The notes: a model not told the origin generated them from the sequence alone. DNA of 64,000 nt from Candidatus Vogelbacteria bacterium (GCA_903878275.1 CAIRHC010000007.1:8727-72726), one strand, 5' to 3'. Counted from the stretch's first letter, positions 1 through 8,692 are shown. Program-made: numbers and translations.

Positions 1-1388
1 TCTGGTAATTCGGCTAATTTGACTGCTTTTTCTTCTAAATATTTTTTAGTGTTTAGTTCTGGGTTCTCAAGAACCTCTTCCATTAAGGCATTTAGAATAA
101 AACCAACTTTTGGCCCTGGTGTCTCACGTGTAACATCCATTATTTTTTTGCCGTCGATTTTCATCATTTTTACTGAAGTCGGCGCCCTCAATGCCTCTTC
201 GATCATTGATTCGTATTTTCTCAAGCGATAAGGCTCTTCTTTTGGACGACCCATTCCGATGCGGTCACAGAAGCGTAAATTCATCAAATCCCAAATGTAT
301 TCTGGCCCGACGTTTACGATAATCCGACGAACGGCTGATAAGGTGATTTTGTCCGGATCAGAGAAGAACATATGGTTTCTGACCAGTTTTACAACAATCT
401 CGGTTAGTTTCACGGGAAACTTTAACCTAGACATTATCTCCTTTACCATTCTTTCCCCTACTACGTCGTGACCGTAAAAGGTGTATTGCTTACCTTTTAC
501 TGATTCGCGTCTGGTTTTCATCTTACCAACGTCGTGTAACAAAGCCGAAAGTCTCACGTGAAACGGGTATTCCTTATCAGCTGAATACTGCAAAGCTCTC
601 AAGGAATGTTCCCAAACGTCATAAATATGCTCCCCTTTCTGCTCGACACCAATCCCCGTTTCTATCTCTGGTAAAATATACTGCAATAGCCCACATTTGT
701 GGCATAAAATAAGACCTTCTTGTGGATTTGGCGACATAATTATCTTAGAAAATTCATCTCGTATTCTTTCTATCGAAGTATTTTTTAATAACTTGGAGTT
801 TTTAAAGATACTTTTCTTGGTGTCGATGTTGCACGTGAAACCAAGCTCGCTGGCGAAACGAATGGCTCTAATAAGCCGTAAACTATCTTCTGTGAAGCGA
901 AGATCGGCTTCCCCTACCGTTTGTACTACTTTGTCCTTTATGTCCTTTATACCGCCGTATAAATCGATTATCTCTTCAGTGAAAGGATTATAAGCTAAAG
1001 CATTGATCGTAAAATCTCGCCGAGCCAAATCTTCTTCCAAACTTTTGCCAAATTTTACCTCATCCGGGTGTCTGTTGTCTGAATAACCAGATTCTAATCT
1101 GAAGGGGGTAATTTCTACAGCTTTTAATTTGGAATCCTCTATCTCTTCGTTGATTACGGTGACAGTGCCAAATTGATTTTCATAAACAGTTTTAGAATAT
1201 AGCGACACGATTTGTTCCGGCGTGGCATTTGTCGTTATATCCCAATCTTTTGGTTCCCGGCCGATTAAGCCGTCTCGGACACAACCGCCCACTAAAAAAG
1301 CCTCAAAACCGTTATTTTTCAAGGTTTTGGCGTTGTCCAAGATAATTTCTGGAATTTTTAATTTAATTTTCGGGTTATTTTCAGGCAT
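1..1388 (-). CDS. cca: CCA-adding enzyme / poly(A) polymerase family with HD domain (runs off window start)
   Basis: Manual translation from ATG 1388: MPENNPKIKLKIPEIILDNAKTLKNNGFEAFLVGGCVRDGLIGREPKDWDITTNATP; later DLARRDFTINA, RFTEDSLRLIRAIRF, LHDVGK motifs. Absent from the ORF track because it has no stop in the window. Confidence 0.92.
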   Translation of the reverse strand, partial: MPENNPKIKLKIPEIILDNAKTLKNNGFEAFLVGGCVRDGLIGREPKDWDITTNATPEQIVSLYSKTVYENQFGTVTVINEEIEDSKLKAVEITPFRLESGYSDNRHPDEVKFGKSLEEDLARRDFTINALAYNPFTEEIIDLYGGIKDIKDKVVQTVGEADLRFTEDSLRLIRAIRFASELGFTCNIDTKKSIFKNSKLLKNTSIERIRDEFSKIIMSPNPQEGLILCHKCGLLQYILPEIETGIGVEQKGEHIYDVWEHSLRALQYSADKEYPFHVRLSALLHDVGKMKTRRESVKGKQYTFYGHDVVGERMVKEIMSRLKFPVKLTEIVVKLVRNHMFFSDPDKITLSAVRRIIVNVGPEYIWDLMNLRFCDRIGMGRPKEEPYRLRKYESMIEEALRAPTSVKMMKIDGKKIMDVTRETPGPKVGFILNALMEEVLENPELNTKKYLEEKAVKLAELP

Positions 1389-1448
1389 TATTTTAATTTT
1401 AACTAAAATTTTGATATTTATCCAATTTTATGGTACTTTTTATCTATT

Positions 1449-1520
1449 GCCCTTGTAGTTTAATGGATAAAACGACGGTCTTCGGAACCGTTGATGTGGG
1501 TTCGATTCCTGCCAGGGGCA
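1449..1520 (+). tRNA. tRNA-Arg(TCG)
   Basis: Acceptor GCCCTTG/CAGGGGC, anticodon arm ACGGT-CTTCGGA-ACCGT, T-loop GTTCGATTC; no encoded CCA. Confidence 0.92.
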
Positions 1521-1680
1521 CACGAGTGAAACGAAGTGGGTCATTGGCAGGAATCGAACAGGAGTGGGGTCGGGAGAACATTTTGTTCTCCAGTGGAGGA
1601 AGGCAGGGAGTTCGTCTTCTGACGAACGACCGTCGGAAAACCGTGGGTTTCCGAGGAGTGAGATTTCCTCCATGGGCACA
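1521..1680. repeat. tRNA 3' trailer element (inverted T-arm copy, core, direct copy of tRNA 3' end)
   Basis: GGCAGGAATCGAAC is the reverse complement of the tRNA T-arm; ends ATTTCCTCCATGGGCACA, similar to tRNA 3' end ATTCCTGCCAGGGGCACA. Confidence 0.8.
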
Positions 1681-1696
1681 CGGTAAAAAATAATTA

Positions 1697-1782
1697 GGGC
1701 ACGTGGCGGAATCTGGTATACGCGTACGTCTCAGAAGCGTATGGAGTGATCCTTGGGAGTTCGAGTCTCCCCGTGCCCACCA
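1697..1782 (+). tRNA. tRNA-Leu(CAG)
   Basis: GGGCACG/CGTGCCC acceptor, TACGT-CTCAGAA-GCGTA anticodon arm, long variable arm, encoded CCA. Confidence 0.93.
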
Positions 1783-1960
1783 AATAATACTAGCTAGTGT
1801 TATTTGGTGGGCACGAGAAAGGCAACTGCTTGCCTTTTGTGGGAGACTCGAACAACGGAACGATATTTTTTCAGTAGAAAAAATTAGTGAGTTGGTGCCT
1901 AGACCAAGGTGAGCGACGGCGAACCTTGAGTCGAAGGAGAGTCGCTCCCCCGTGCCCACA
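1783..1960. repeat. tRNA 3' trailer element
   Basis: TGGTGGGCACG and GGGAGACTCGAAC are inverted copies of acceptor+CCA and T-arm; ends CTCCCCGTGCCCAC, a direct copy. Confidence 0.8.
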
Positions 1961-2026
1961 CTTACCTATTTGAATTTTTGTAATAATTTGGTAAAATAGT
2001 TTTTGTTGGATTAGGTAAATAAATGA

Positions 2027-2097
2027 GCGGGTATGGTTTAGTGGTAGAACACGACCTTGCCAAGGTTGAGACGGGAGTCCGATTCTCCCTACCCGCA
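2027..2097 (+). tRNA. tRNA-Gly(GCC)
   Basis: GCGGGTA/TACCCGC acceptor, anticodon loop TTGCCAA; T-loop reads GTCCGAT. Confidence 0.9.
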
Positions 2098-2455
2098 CAA
2101 AAGACTTGTTTCATAGAATCAAGAAAAGAAAAAAGGACGGCGTTTGCCGTCCTTTTTTTGGGTCGTTTAGTCACTTTTAAACCTTAAAAAAACCAAAAAC
2201 TGTGGATAAACCTGTGTCCAATGGGGATAAGAGACGGCTTTTAACTTCTTTGGTTGTCCTTTGATTCGTCCGTTGCCTTTTAAAATATGGCTTAAAATAA
2301 CGTTATTCTGTAATTTTGACCAGAAATAAGGGTTTTTCACCCCGAAAGTGTTTCTTAAGAAACACTTTCGGGGCATTTTTCAGAAAAATGTCTAAAAATA
2401 GACAAAGAATGTCCGGTTTGTGCTAAAATTAAATTGTTTAAATATCTCAAAAATA

Positions 2456-2893
2456 ATGTTTGGTAATTCTTCAAAAACAGACAATCGAACCGAAAAACAA
2501 ATTGTCGGTGCGAAAGGGGAGCAACTCGCTTGCGATTACTTAATAAAAAATGGTTATCGAATACTAAAACGAAATTATTGGAAACCGCAGGGCGAGATCG
2601 ATATCGTGGCTCAAAAGGGGAGCATTCTTTATTTTATCGAAGTAAAAACCGTTTCTTCGACACCGGAATTTGTCAAAATGTTGTCTGAAAATAGGGGAAT
2701 GTTTGATAATTATCAGCCTGAAGACAACATTCACCCTTGGAAAATAAAAAGATTATCGAGAGTTATTGAAATTTTCCTGTCCGAAAACCACATTGATGAC
2801 GATCAGGACTGGCAAGTCGATGCCATTTGCGTGTACTTAGAAAAGGGGAGCGACAAAATGCTGAAAATCGAGTATCTGGAAGATATTATGTAA
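2456..2893 (+). CDS. yraN: YraN family (UPF0102) endonuclease-like protein
   Basis: GAKGEQLACDYL..NGYRILKRNY..GEIDIVA..FIEVKT; start codon uncertain. Confidence 0.88.
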   Translation: MFGNSSKTDNRTEKQIVGAKGEQLACDYLIKNGYRILKRNYWKPQGEIDIVAQKGSILYFIEVKTVSSTPEFVKMLSENRGMFDNYQPEDNIHPWKIKRLSRVIEIFLSENHIDDDQDWQVDAICVYLEKGSDKMLKIEYLEDIM

Positions 2894-2947
2894 AAAATTA
2901 AAGGGGCAGGATACTTTTTGTATCTGCCCCTAAACCTTAAACCATTT

Positions 2948-4078
2948 TTACTCTCCTTTCTGCCGGAAGTTCCAGCAACCTTCGGTGTCGACGAAACCGT
3001 CGCGACACAGTTGTTCATTTGATAACTCCTTGGCACGACGACCAAGGCATGAGTTGCACTTGCCTTCGGCGAAGTTGGCACACTTTGTGCCACACTTTCC
3101 ACCATAACACCGAGAACGGACAATCCGCATCTCGGTCGACTCCCAAGCTTGGTCGAGAGTCTTGGTTTTTACACTTCCTAATTTCACCTCCTCTGCCCCA
3201 ATGCAAGGGCGGACATCACCGTACTGTGATATGTACATATGGTGCATGTATCTATCGCAGACGGTACCGACATAGCTCTGGGATAACTCCCAGCTTTGAC
3301 CGAACTCATCTTTGTCGATTTGTTGGAGCTCAAGAAGCGCCACTTTGATTCCCTCGCCGGGGATTTTCAAGTGACAACTTTGAGCACGTCCCACATCAAG
3401 GACGGAGTCGCAGTCAAAGATAATATTATTCTTGCGACAGAAGCGCAAAACTTCTGCCACGTCATTGACGTTTGACGGACCATCAGGCTCGTCCGACGCC
3501 ATTATTGAAGTCACGAGTGCCAACCGGCTTTCGCGACCAAATTTTCTGGCAATCTCATCCTCTGGGGAATTGAAGCCAGCGTTAATCAGTGCTTGAAGGG
3601 TGGCGTTTCTTTTTGCGCCGTAACCTTCAATGTTGCGTCCGTGAGCTGGGTCGCTCACGAACTTGTCTTGCTCTTCCGGGTCGAGTGTGTTGCCCTTGAG
3701 CATTAGCTCGACCGGCAGTTTTTTTAACTTGGCGATAAGTTCCTCTGTCAGGAACTCGCCGGTTGTGAATACCGTGACAAACATTCCCAACTCGGTTGCC
3801 CGAGTCAAGAACCACATTGTGAGCTCGAGGTTCCGTTCAATGAACGGTTCCCCAGCCCCGGGGATACCAAGAGAATCGACACCGATACTCTCGGCTTCGG
3901 CCAGAAGGCGATTGTAGTCGTCTTTTGACAACAAATCGTCTGGCCTGTTTGGCTTTCCTCCTCTGGCGTAGCAGTATGTGCACGCCAAGTTGCAGAAGCC
4001 GGGCAACTCAACCCACAGACTCTGTAGTCTGCCGGTATTTGCACGGCGGAGGCCGTGCTGCACTGCCGTATTCTTCAT
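2948..4078 (-). CDS. Radical SAM protein with C-terminal SPASM-like Cys-rich domain
   Basis: CNLACTYC (CxxxCxxC), GAGEP, C-terminal C..YISQYGDVRPC..CGTKC..CNSC; AGGAG RBS before ATG 4078; GC-richer than flanks. Confidence 0.88.
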   Translation of the reverse strand: MKNTAVQHGLRRANTGRLQSLWVELPGFCNLACTYCYARGGKPNRPDDLLSKDDYNRLLAEAESIGVDSLGIPGAGEPFIERNLELTMWFLTRATELGMFVTVFTTGEFLTEELIAKLKKLPVELMLKGNTLDPEEQDKFVSDPAHGRNIEGYGAKRNATLQALINAGFNSPEDEIARKFGRESRLALVTSIMASDEPDGPSNVNDVAEVLRFCRKNNIIFDCDSVLDVGRAQSCHLKIPGEGIKVALLELQQIDKDEFGQSWELSQSYVGTVCDRYMHHMYISQYGDVRPCIGAEEVKLGSVKTKTLDQAWESTEMRIVRSRCYGGKCGTKCANFAEGKCNSCLGRRAKELSNEQLCRDGFVDTEGCWNFRQKGE

Positions 4079-4118
4079 TTTTTTACTCCTTTTAATTTTC
4101 AACGTTCTTCTGGCGCTA

Positions 4119-4160
4119 AGTATACCAGATTATTGTAAATATGTCAATATAATTTCGTCA
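4119..4160 (-). promoter_or_regulatory. Sigma70 promoter of radical SAM gene with overlapping putative operator
   Basis: Minus strand TTGACA-17-TATACT; TGACGA-N7-TTGACA overlaps the -35. Confidence 0.65.
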
Positions 4161-4249
4161 CTTTTACATAAAATTATCATATAATATATCTTTATTTTGC
4201 TTAATAAAAATGACTTGACTATGTAAAATAAGAGTATAAAATATAATAG

Positions 4250-4268
4250 TGACGACATATGTTCGTCA
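4250..4268. promoter_or_regulatory. Palindromic putative TrmB operator TGACGA-N7-TCGTCA
   Basis: Inverted hexamer just downstream of the trmB promoter TTGACT-16-TAAAAT. Confidence 0.55.
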
Positions 4269-4278
4269 AAATAAAACT

Positions 4279-5046
4279 ATGGATATTCAATTTATTATCG
4301 AAAAATTGGGACTAGGGGAGAAGCAAGCTGGGGTTTACATGGCTCTTCTTCAGATGGGATCAGGCAACATTAAACAAATTGCCAAAAATTCTGATCTCAA
4401 GCGGACGACTGTCTATAGTGTGTTAGATAATTTGATTCAAAAAGGATTTGTGATCTTGGTTAAAAAAGGTGCTCATCGTGTGTATTTTGCCGAAGATCCC
4501 AAAAAACTTTCTATTCTCTATGATAACGAAATATTAAAAATAAAAGAACGTCAGAAAGCCATAGCTGAAGTTTTACCAGAACTCGGTTCGCTTTATAATG
4601 CCAACGCGGCTAAACCCGCCATTCGTTTTTATGAAGGGTTGGAGGCTTTGAAGCAAGTTTTTAATGAAACTCTGGAGTTAAAGAAAGGGGAAGAAATTTT
4701 AGTCTATTCTTCAGCTGAATCAATCCATACTTATTTAGGTGATGTATATGTCAAGAATTATCTAGCCCAAAGAAAACAAAAGGGGATAATTCAAAGAGCT
4801 ATTGCTGAAGACTCTCTCTCTGCTCAAGAGCATCTTAAACACGACAAAGAAGAATTACGCCAGACTAGACTGGTAAGTAAGGAATTTTTTCCGTTTTCTA
4901 ATGAGATAAATATTTTTCGTAATAAAATGTTGATTATTTCTTATAAAGATTTCTTTGGGGTTGTTATCGAGAGTGCTGAAATTGCTAAAACCCAAAAAGC
5001 GATTTTTGAATTGGCATGGATTGGGTCTAAAAATATCAAAAAGTAA
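4279..5046 (+). CDS. TrmB family transcriptional regulator
   Basis: LGLGEKQAGVYMALL..RTTVYSVLDNLIQKG HTH; IRFYEGLE; EINIFRNK..IES. Confidence 0.88.
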   Translation: MDIQFIIEKLGLGEKQAGVYMALLQMGSGNIKQIAKNSDLKRTTVYSVLDNLIQKGFVILVKKGAHRVYFAEDPKKLSILYDNEILKIKERQKAIAEVLPELGSLYNANAAKPAIRFYEGLEALKQVFNETLELKKGEEILVYSSAESIHTYLGDVYVKNYLAQRKQKGIIQRAIAEDSLSAQEHLKHDKEELRQTRLVSKEFFPFSNEINIFRNKMLIISYKDFFGVVIESAEIAKTQKAIFELAWIGSKNIKK

Positions 5047-5177
5047 TTTAGCTAGAGTTTTTGAAATATTCCTCCATAAAATTGACTTTTGTCTAAAATA
5101 TTGTATGATTGTAAAAGATTGGTCGGCTGTCGATCAATGAAACGAAGTTCTTTGTTTAATCTAGTTGGAGAAAAAAG

Positions 5178-5453
5178 ATGACCGAGCATAAAGTGAATGA
5201 AGAAGTGGAGTTGCGCATTTTGCGCAAATTATTCAAGAGACATATTTCGCAAGGTCGATTGATGTCGGCCAACGAGTTTAATCGCCATGTCACTAATCTG
5301 GCGAAAGAGCTCGGCGAGAATACAGATGATCTCCGTCAGTTGGCGGAAAAATTTCTGACCGAGATTGTTGGGGATATGCTCACACAATCTCTGAAAAAGT
5401 CAGTAACATCACAAATTCCCGAAGTCGAGCATTTTGGGAGTTCAGTGAAATAA
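5178..5453 (+). CDS. Hypothetical protein
   Basis: Own promoter TTGACT-16-TATGAT at ~5082, GGAG RBS; hairpin at ~5559-5588. Confidence 0.65.
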   Translation: MTEHKVNEEVELRILRKLFKRHISQGRLMSANEFNRHVTNLAKELGENTDDLRQLAEKFLTEIVGDMLTQSLKKSVTSQIPEVEHFGSSVK

Positions 5454-5669
5454 AGACGGCAAGGTCGAGCCCGCCCCGGCTCTCAAAGGGTAATTGAACC
5501 TCCTCGCTTGGCGAGCAAGGTTCAGAATAAGAACCCTCCTCCTGTCTTTGTTTTTTTGTAAGGCTAGGCGATTTGTCGCTTAGCCTTTTAATTTGGCTGG
5601 TTTTTCTTAGGTTTTTTAATATTTGAATTTAGATTGTTTTTAGGCTATAATTTTAGAGTTATTAAATAT

Positions 5670-5741
5670 CGGGGTGTAGTGCAACGGCTAGCACGAGTCC
5701 TTTGGGAGGATTTAATCCGAGTTCGAATCTCGGCACCCCGA
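5670..5741 (+). tRNA. tRNA-Pro(TGG)
   Basis: CGGGGTG/CACCCCG acceptor, AGTCC-TTTGGGA-GGATT anticodon arm, GTTCGAAT. Confidence 0.92.
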
Positions 5742-5917
5742 CAAAAAACAAAAGAGCTGGAAATTTCCAGTTCTTTGTTTTTTGTCTCGAGATTCGAACC
5801 AGAGGTGGGGTCGGGAGGACTGGGTGTCCTCCCGTGGAGGAAATTATTCAAAACCGAGGGGTTTGAAAGCGCAATTCGCTTTAGCGAATGAGCAGTGAGT
5901 GTTCTCGGCACCCCGAC
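5742..5917. repeat. tRNA 3' trailer element
   Basis: Hairpin, CGAGATTCGAAC (inverted T-arm), core shared with 1521 and 6756 copies, direct copy TCTCGGCACCCCGAC. Confidence 0.85.
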
Positions 5918-5978
5918 AAAATTTTTATATTCTCAACTTGTGTATTGACAAAGTAATTACATTGTCTATACTAGAATT

Positions 5979-6227
5979 ATGTCTACTTTAAGTATTAGGA
6001 TTGAAGATAAAACCAAAGCTGAAGCAAGTAAAACTCTGGCTCGTCTTGGGCTTGATATGTCTAGCGCGATCAAACTTTTTCTTTATCAGGTAGTAAAGGA
6101 AGACGGTCTGCCTTTTACTCCGACCAATAATCTGGCGATAATTAAAGCTCGCTTCGATACTCAAGTGCTTGAAGCCAAGAAAAACCGTGGTTTCAAGACG
6201 GCAAAAGAGGCGCTTGATGATTTATAA
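5979..6227 (+). CDS. dinJ: RelB/DinJ family antitoxin
   Basis: LSIRIEDKTKAEA..LGLDMSSAIKLFL..GLPF; promoter TTGACA-16-TATACT with internal palindrome. Confidence 0.88.
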   Translation: MSTLSIRIEDKTKAEASKTLARLGLDMSSAIKLFLYQVVKEDGLPFTPTNNLAIIKARFDTQVLEAKKNRGFKTAKEALDDL

Positions 6228-6230
6228 AAT

Positions 6231-6515
6231 ATGTACATTATCAAGCGGACTAAAGATTTTGAAAGGTCTTTTAAAAAACTTAAGCAGGCGGGACTTTCAA
6301 AAAATAAAAGAAATATCTTAGAATCTGTAATTGATATAATAGCTTTGGGTCAAAAACCGAGCGAGAAATATAAAGACCATCAATTAAAAGGGGAATTGAG
6401 GTTTTTTCGTGAATGTCATATTTTTAATGATCTTTTGGTGATTTACAAAATCGAAAAAGACGAGTTGATCCTAGTTTTGGTTGACATTGGTAGTCATGCT
6501 CAATTATTTGGATAA
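6231..6515 (+). CDS. yafQ: YafQ family mRNA interferase toxin
   Basis: KYKDHQLKG..RECHIFNDLLVIY..LVDIGSHAQLF. Confidence 0.9.
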   Translation: MYIIKRTKDFERSFKKLKQAGLSKNKRNILESVIDIIALGQKPSEKYKDHQLKGELRFFRECHIFNDLLVIYKIEKDELILVLVDIGSHAQLFG

Positions 6516-6563
6516 AACAGACGCATTTTGAATTAAGGTATTTTAAGTGGTAGGATAAAATAT

Positions 6564-6755
6564 CGGAGTGTAGTGTAACGGTAACATCCACGACACGCCC
6601 GCCTACCTTTTTATCGGGGCATAGTGTAACGGTAACATTTACGATTCGGGTTCGTAAGACTCAGGGTTCGAATCCCTGTGCCCCGACAAGAGAAGTGAGA
6701 AAAGGTGGGCAGGTGAAGGTTCGTGGGACTCAGGGTTCGAATCCCGGCACTCCGA
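6564..6755 (+). other. tRNA-Pro-like gene whose anticodon loop is replaced by an insertion holding a second tRNA
   Basis: CGGAGTG/CACTCCG acceptor + A73, D arm TAGTGTAACGGTAACAT, anticodon stem CCACGA/TCGTGG separated by ~125 nt, T arm CAGGGTTCGAATCCCGG. Confidence 0.85.
6615..6686 (+). tRNA. tRNA-Pro(CGG), nested
   Basis: CGGGGCA/TGCCCCG acceptor, TACGA-TTCGGGT-TCGTA, CAGGG-TTCGAAT-CCCTG. Confidence 0.92.
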
Positions 6756-6903
6756 CAAAACTGAAAAGTTTTTCGGAGTGCAGGGATTCGAACGGGAAGG
6801 GGTAGGGAAACGGGAGTTTCCCTTGGCGGAGTTATTCAAACCGAGGGGTTTGAAAGCGCAATTCGCTTTAGCGAATGAGCAGTGAGATTCCCGGCACTCC
6901 GAC
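6756..6903. repeat. tRNA 3' trailer element
   Basis: TCGGAGTGCAGGGATTCGAAC inverted copy; core CCGAGGGGTTTGAAAGCGCAATTCGCTTTAGCGAATGAGCAGTGAG identical to the 5742 copy; direct copy ATTCCCGGCACTCCGAC. Confidence 0.85.
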
Positions 6904-6936
6904 ACAACGAAAAATTAATAATTTAATTAAACAGTT

Positions 6937-7449
6937 ATGATCGAACAAAATTCAAGTGTGGAAAAAATTGAAAATGTGAGGAAATTTCTAATTAGGTCGA
7001 ATGAGGCTGGTTATGCTGGTGGGGAAGATAAGAAATGGATTAAGGAGGCGGATAGCTCGACCACGATCGCTTATGAAGATGGTGATTGGAAATTTAATGA
7101 TAACTTCTTCGGTGGTGAGCCGTATGGTGGGCGGGAAGTGATTTTTAAAGAGGGAAAGCCGGAATGGATGATGGTTTATTACGGTTTGATTAGCGATAAG
7201 GACTTGGATAAAAACAAGGTTTATGGTTTTTTGCGCTCGGCTCTGAAATTGGCGCCAGCCGAAATGCCTTTGCGTGGCCCAGATCTTTTTGTGCAGGAAA
7301 TTGATGGTCAAAAGTGGGTTTATGAAAATAAGGTTGGTGGCAAGATGGAAAATTTTTCTGGTAAAGAAACTATTAGTATCGATGGCCGGGAGATTTTTTA
7401 TACGGATTATTTCGGTGGCTTGGTGGATGTGGATAGGGAGGCTATTTAA
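6937..7449 (+). CDS. DUF5680-like protein
   Basis: GYAGG..DNFFGGEPYGGREV..WMMVYYG..PLRGP..FSGKE. Confidence 0.75.
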   Translation: MIEQNSSVEKIENVRKFLIRSNEAGYAGGEDKKWIKEADSSTTIAYEDGDWKFNDNFFGGEPYGGREVIFKEGKPEWMMVYYGLISDKDLDKNKVYGFLRSALKLAPAEMPLRGPDLFVQEIDGQKWVYENKVGGKMENFSGKETISIDGREIFYTDYFGGLVDVDREAI

Positions 7450-7484
7450 TCTTAAATTACGAAATTAGGTTTCCTATGCTTTTC

Positions 7485-7551
7485 TGTCATTCCCGCGTAG
7501 GCGGGAATCTAGGTTTTGTCGAGTTGGTCTAGATTCCCGGCGGGAATGACA
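7485..7551. repeat. GTCATTCCCGCG..GCGGGAAT palindromic repeat (dRS3/RPE-like)
   Basis: TGTCATTCCCGCGTAGGCGGGAATCTAG...CTAGATTCCCGGCGGGAATGACA; half copy at 63655. Confidence 0.75.
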
Positions 7552-7606
7552 ATCGTTAAGGTTATTAATTTGGGGGACTAGAACGCCAGGATTAAAATCT
7601 TAAACT

Positions 7607-7649
7607 AAAACCGTCCCGACTCAGCTAGCTGAGTCGGGACGGTTTTTTT
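7607..7649. terminator. Bidirectional intrinsic terminator
   Basis: AAAACCGTCCCGACTCAGCTAGCTGAGTCGGGACGGTTTTTTT between convergent genes. Confidence 0.7.
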
Positions 7650-7670
7650 AACCTTTCGCACGCTGGCGAG

Positions 7671-7943
7671 TTATTTTTTACCCCAGCTCTTTTTGTGAGC
7701 GTAGAAGTAGTAGATCATGTCTAAAATACCCATAGTGTTGACTAGGAGTAAAACGACAAACCAAACTTTGGCACCGTTTCTGGCGGCGCGCCATAAGGCG
7801 AGACCTTTCCAGACGATTGTCCAAACTATTATGACCGCTATTAATGTGGCTGCACCTATTACAGCCGCAGCTGCTGAGATGCCCCAGACCATGTCTGGCA
7901 GTTTGTCTGCCATGAAGGCTGGATTATTTATTAATTTATCCAT
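7671..7943 (-). CDS. DUF5652-like small membrane protein
   Basis: WKGLALWRAARN..WFVVLLLVNTMGIL. Confidence 0.82.
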   Translation of the reverse strand: MDKLINNPAFMADKLPDMVWGISAAAAVIGAATLIAVIIVWTIVWKGLALWRAARNGAKVWFVVLLLVNTMGILDMIYYFYAHKKSWGKK

Positions 7944-8011
7944 ATGCCATTTATTATAGCAAAATTTTTTGTAAAAAAATTATTAAAAAGAAATAGCTGT
8001 TGATAACTTTT

Positions 8012-8068
8012 TTTACCTGGTTAAATAAATTTGTTTTACAAATCTAGCTTTGCTATTTAACTGGGTGG
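8012..8068. mobile_element. Non-autonomous derivative of the GIY-YIG element
   Basis: TTTACCTGGTTAAATA...TATTTAACTGGGTGG matches the termini at 45231/45521 and 47311/47602. Confidence 0.65.
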
Positions 8069-8098
8069 ATGTAAAGTATAATCAGGTTTGGCTTAAAA

Positions 8099-8629
8099 AT
8101 GGAATTTAATTATCAAATCAAAAAAAGTAGAATCGCTCGGCGTCTGAAAATTACGATTCATCATGATGGGCGAGTGGTGGTCACTTCACCTTTTTACTTA
8201 CCGGCCATTTTGGCGCGAAAATTTGTCGATAAAAAAAGTGATTGGATAAGAAAGAAGTTGGAATTTTTCGCGCGGAAAAAATTGATTGCGCCGGAAATTA
8301 AGGTGGGGAGTTTTCGAAAAAATAAAGAAGCCGCGCGAGCACTGGTGCTCGCGCGGGTCGCTCACTTTAATCAATTTTATAATTTCCGTTTTCAAAAAAT
8401 TTTTATCAAAAATCAAAAAACGGTGTGGGGGAGTTGTTCGCGAAAAGGCAATTTAAATTTTAATTACAAAATTTTATTTTTACCAAAAAATTTACAAGAC
8501 TATATTATTGTTCACGAACTTTGTCATCTTGGTGAAATGAATCACTCGTCAAAATTTTGGGCACTGGTGGAAAAAACTTTACCAGATTATTTGGTTGTGC
8601 GAAAAAATTTAAAAAGAAGGATTTTATAA
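8099..8629 (+). CDS. YgjP/DUF45 family metallo-hydrolase
   Basis: WGSCS..LNFN..DYIIVHELCHL..NHSSKFW. Confidence 0.9.
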   Translation: MEFNYQIKKSRIARRLKITIHHDGRVVVTSPFYLPAILARKFVDKKSDWIRKKLEFFARKKLIAPEIKVGSFRKNKEAARALVLARVAHFNQFYNFRFQKIFIKNQKTVWGSCSRKGNLNFNYKILFLPKNLQDYIIVHELCHLGEMNHSSKFWALVEKTLPDYLVVRKNLKRRIL

Positions 8630-8692
8630 ATTTTGAACAAAAAACATTTTAGTGGGATAATGAGATTATTAAAAGTTTAACTAAATAATTTT

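Noticed and set aside
1430-1959. ORFs overlapping the tRNAs and trailers (also 5634-5911 and 6639-6905)
   Set aside because: Shadow translations of tRNA and structured repeats
2202-2230. Replication origin (DnaA box TGTGGATAA)
   Set aside because: One perfect box and one degenerate box only; no dnaA or box cluster
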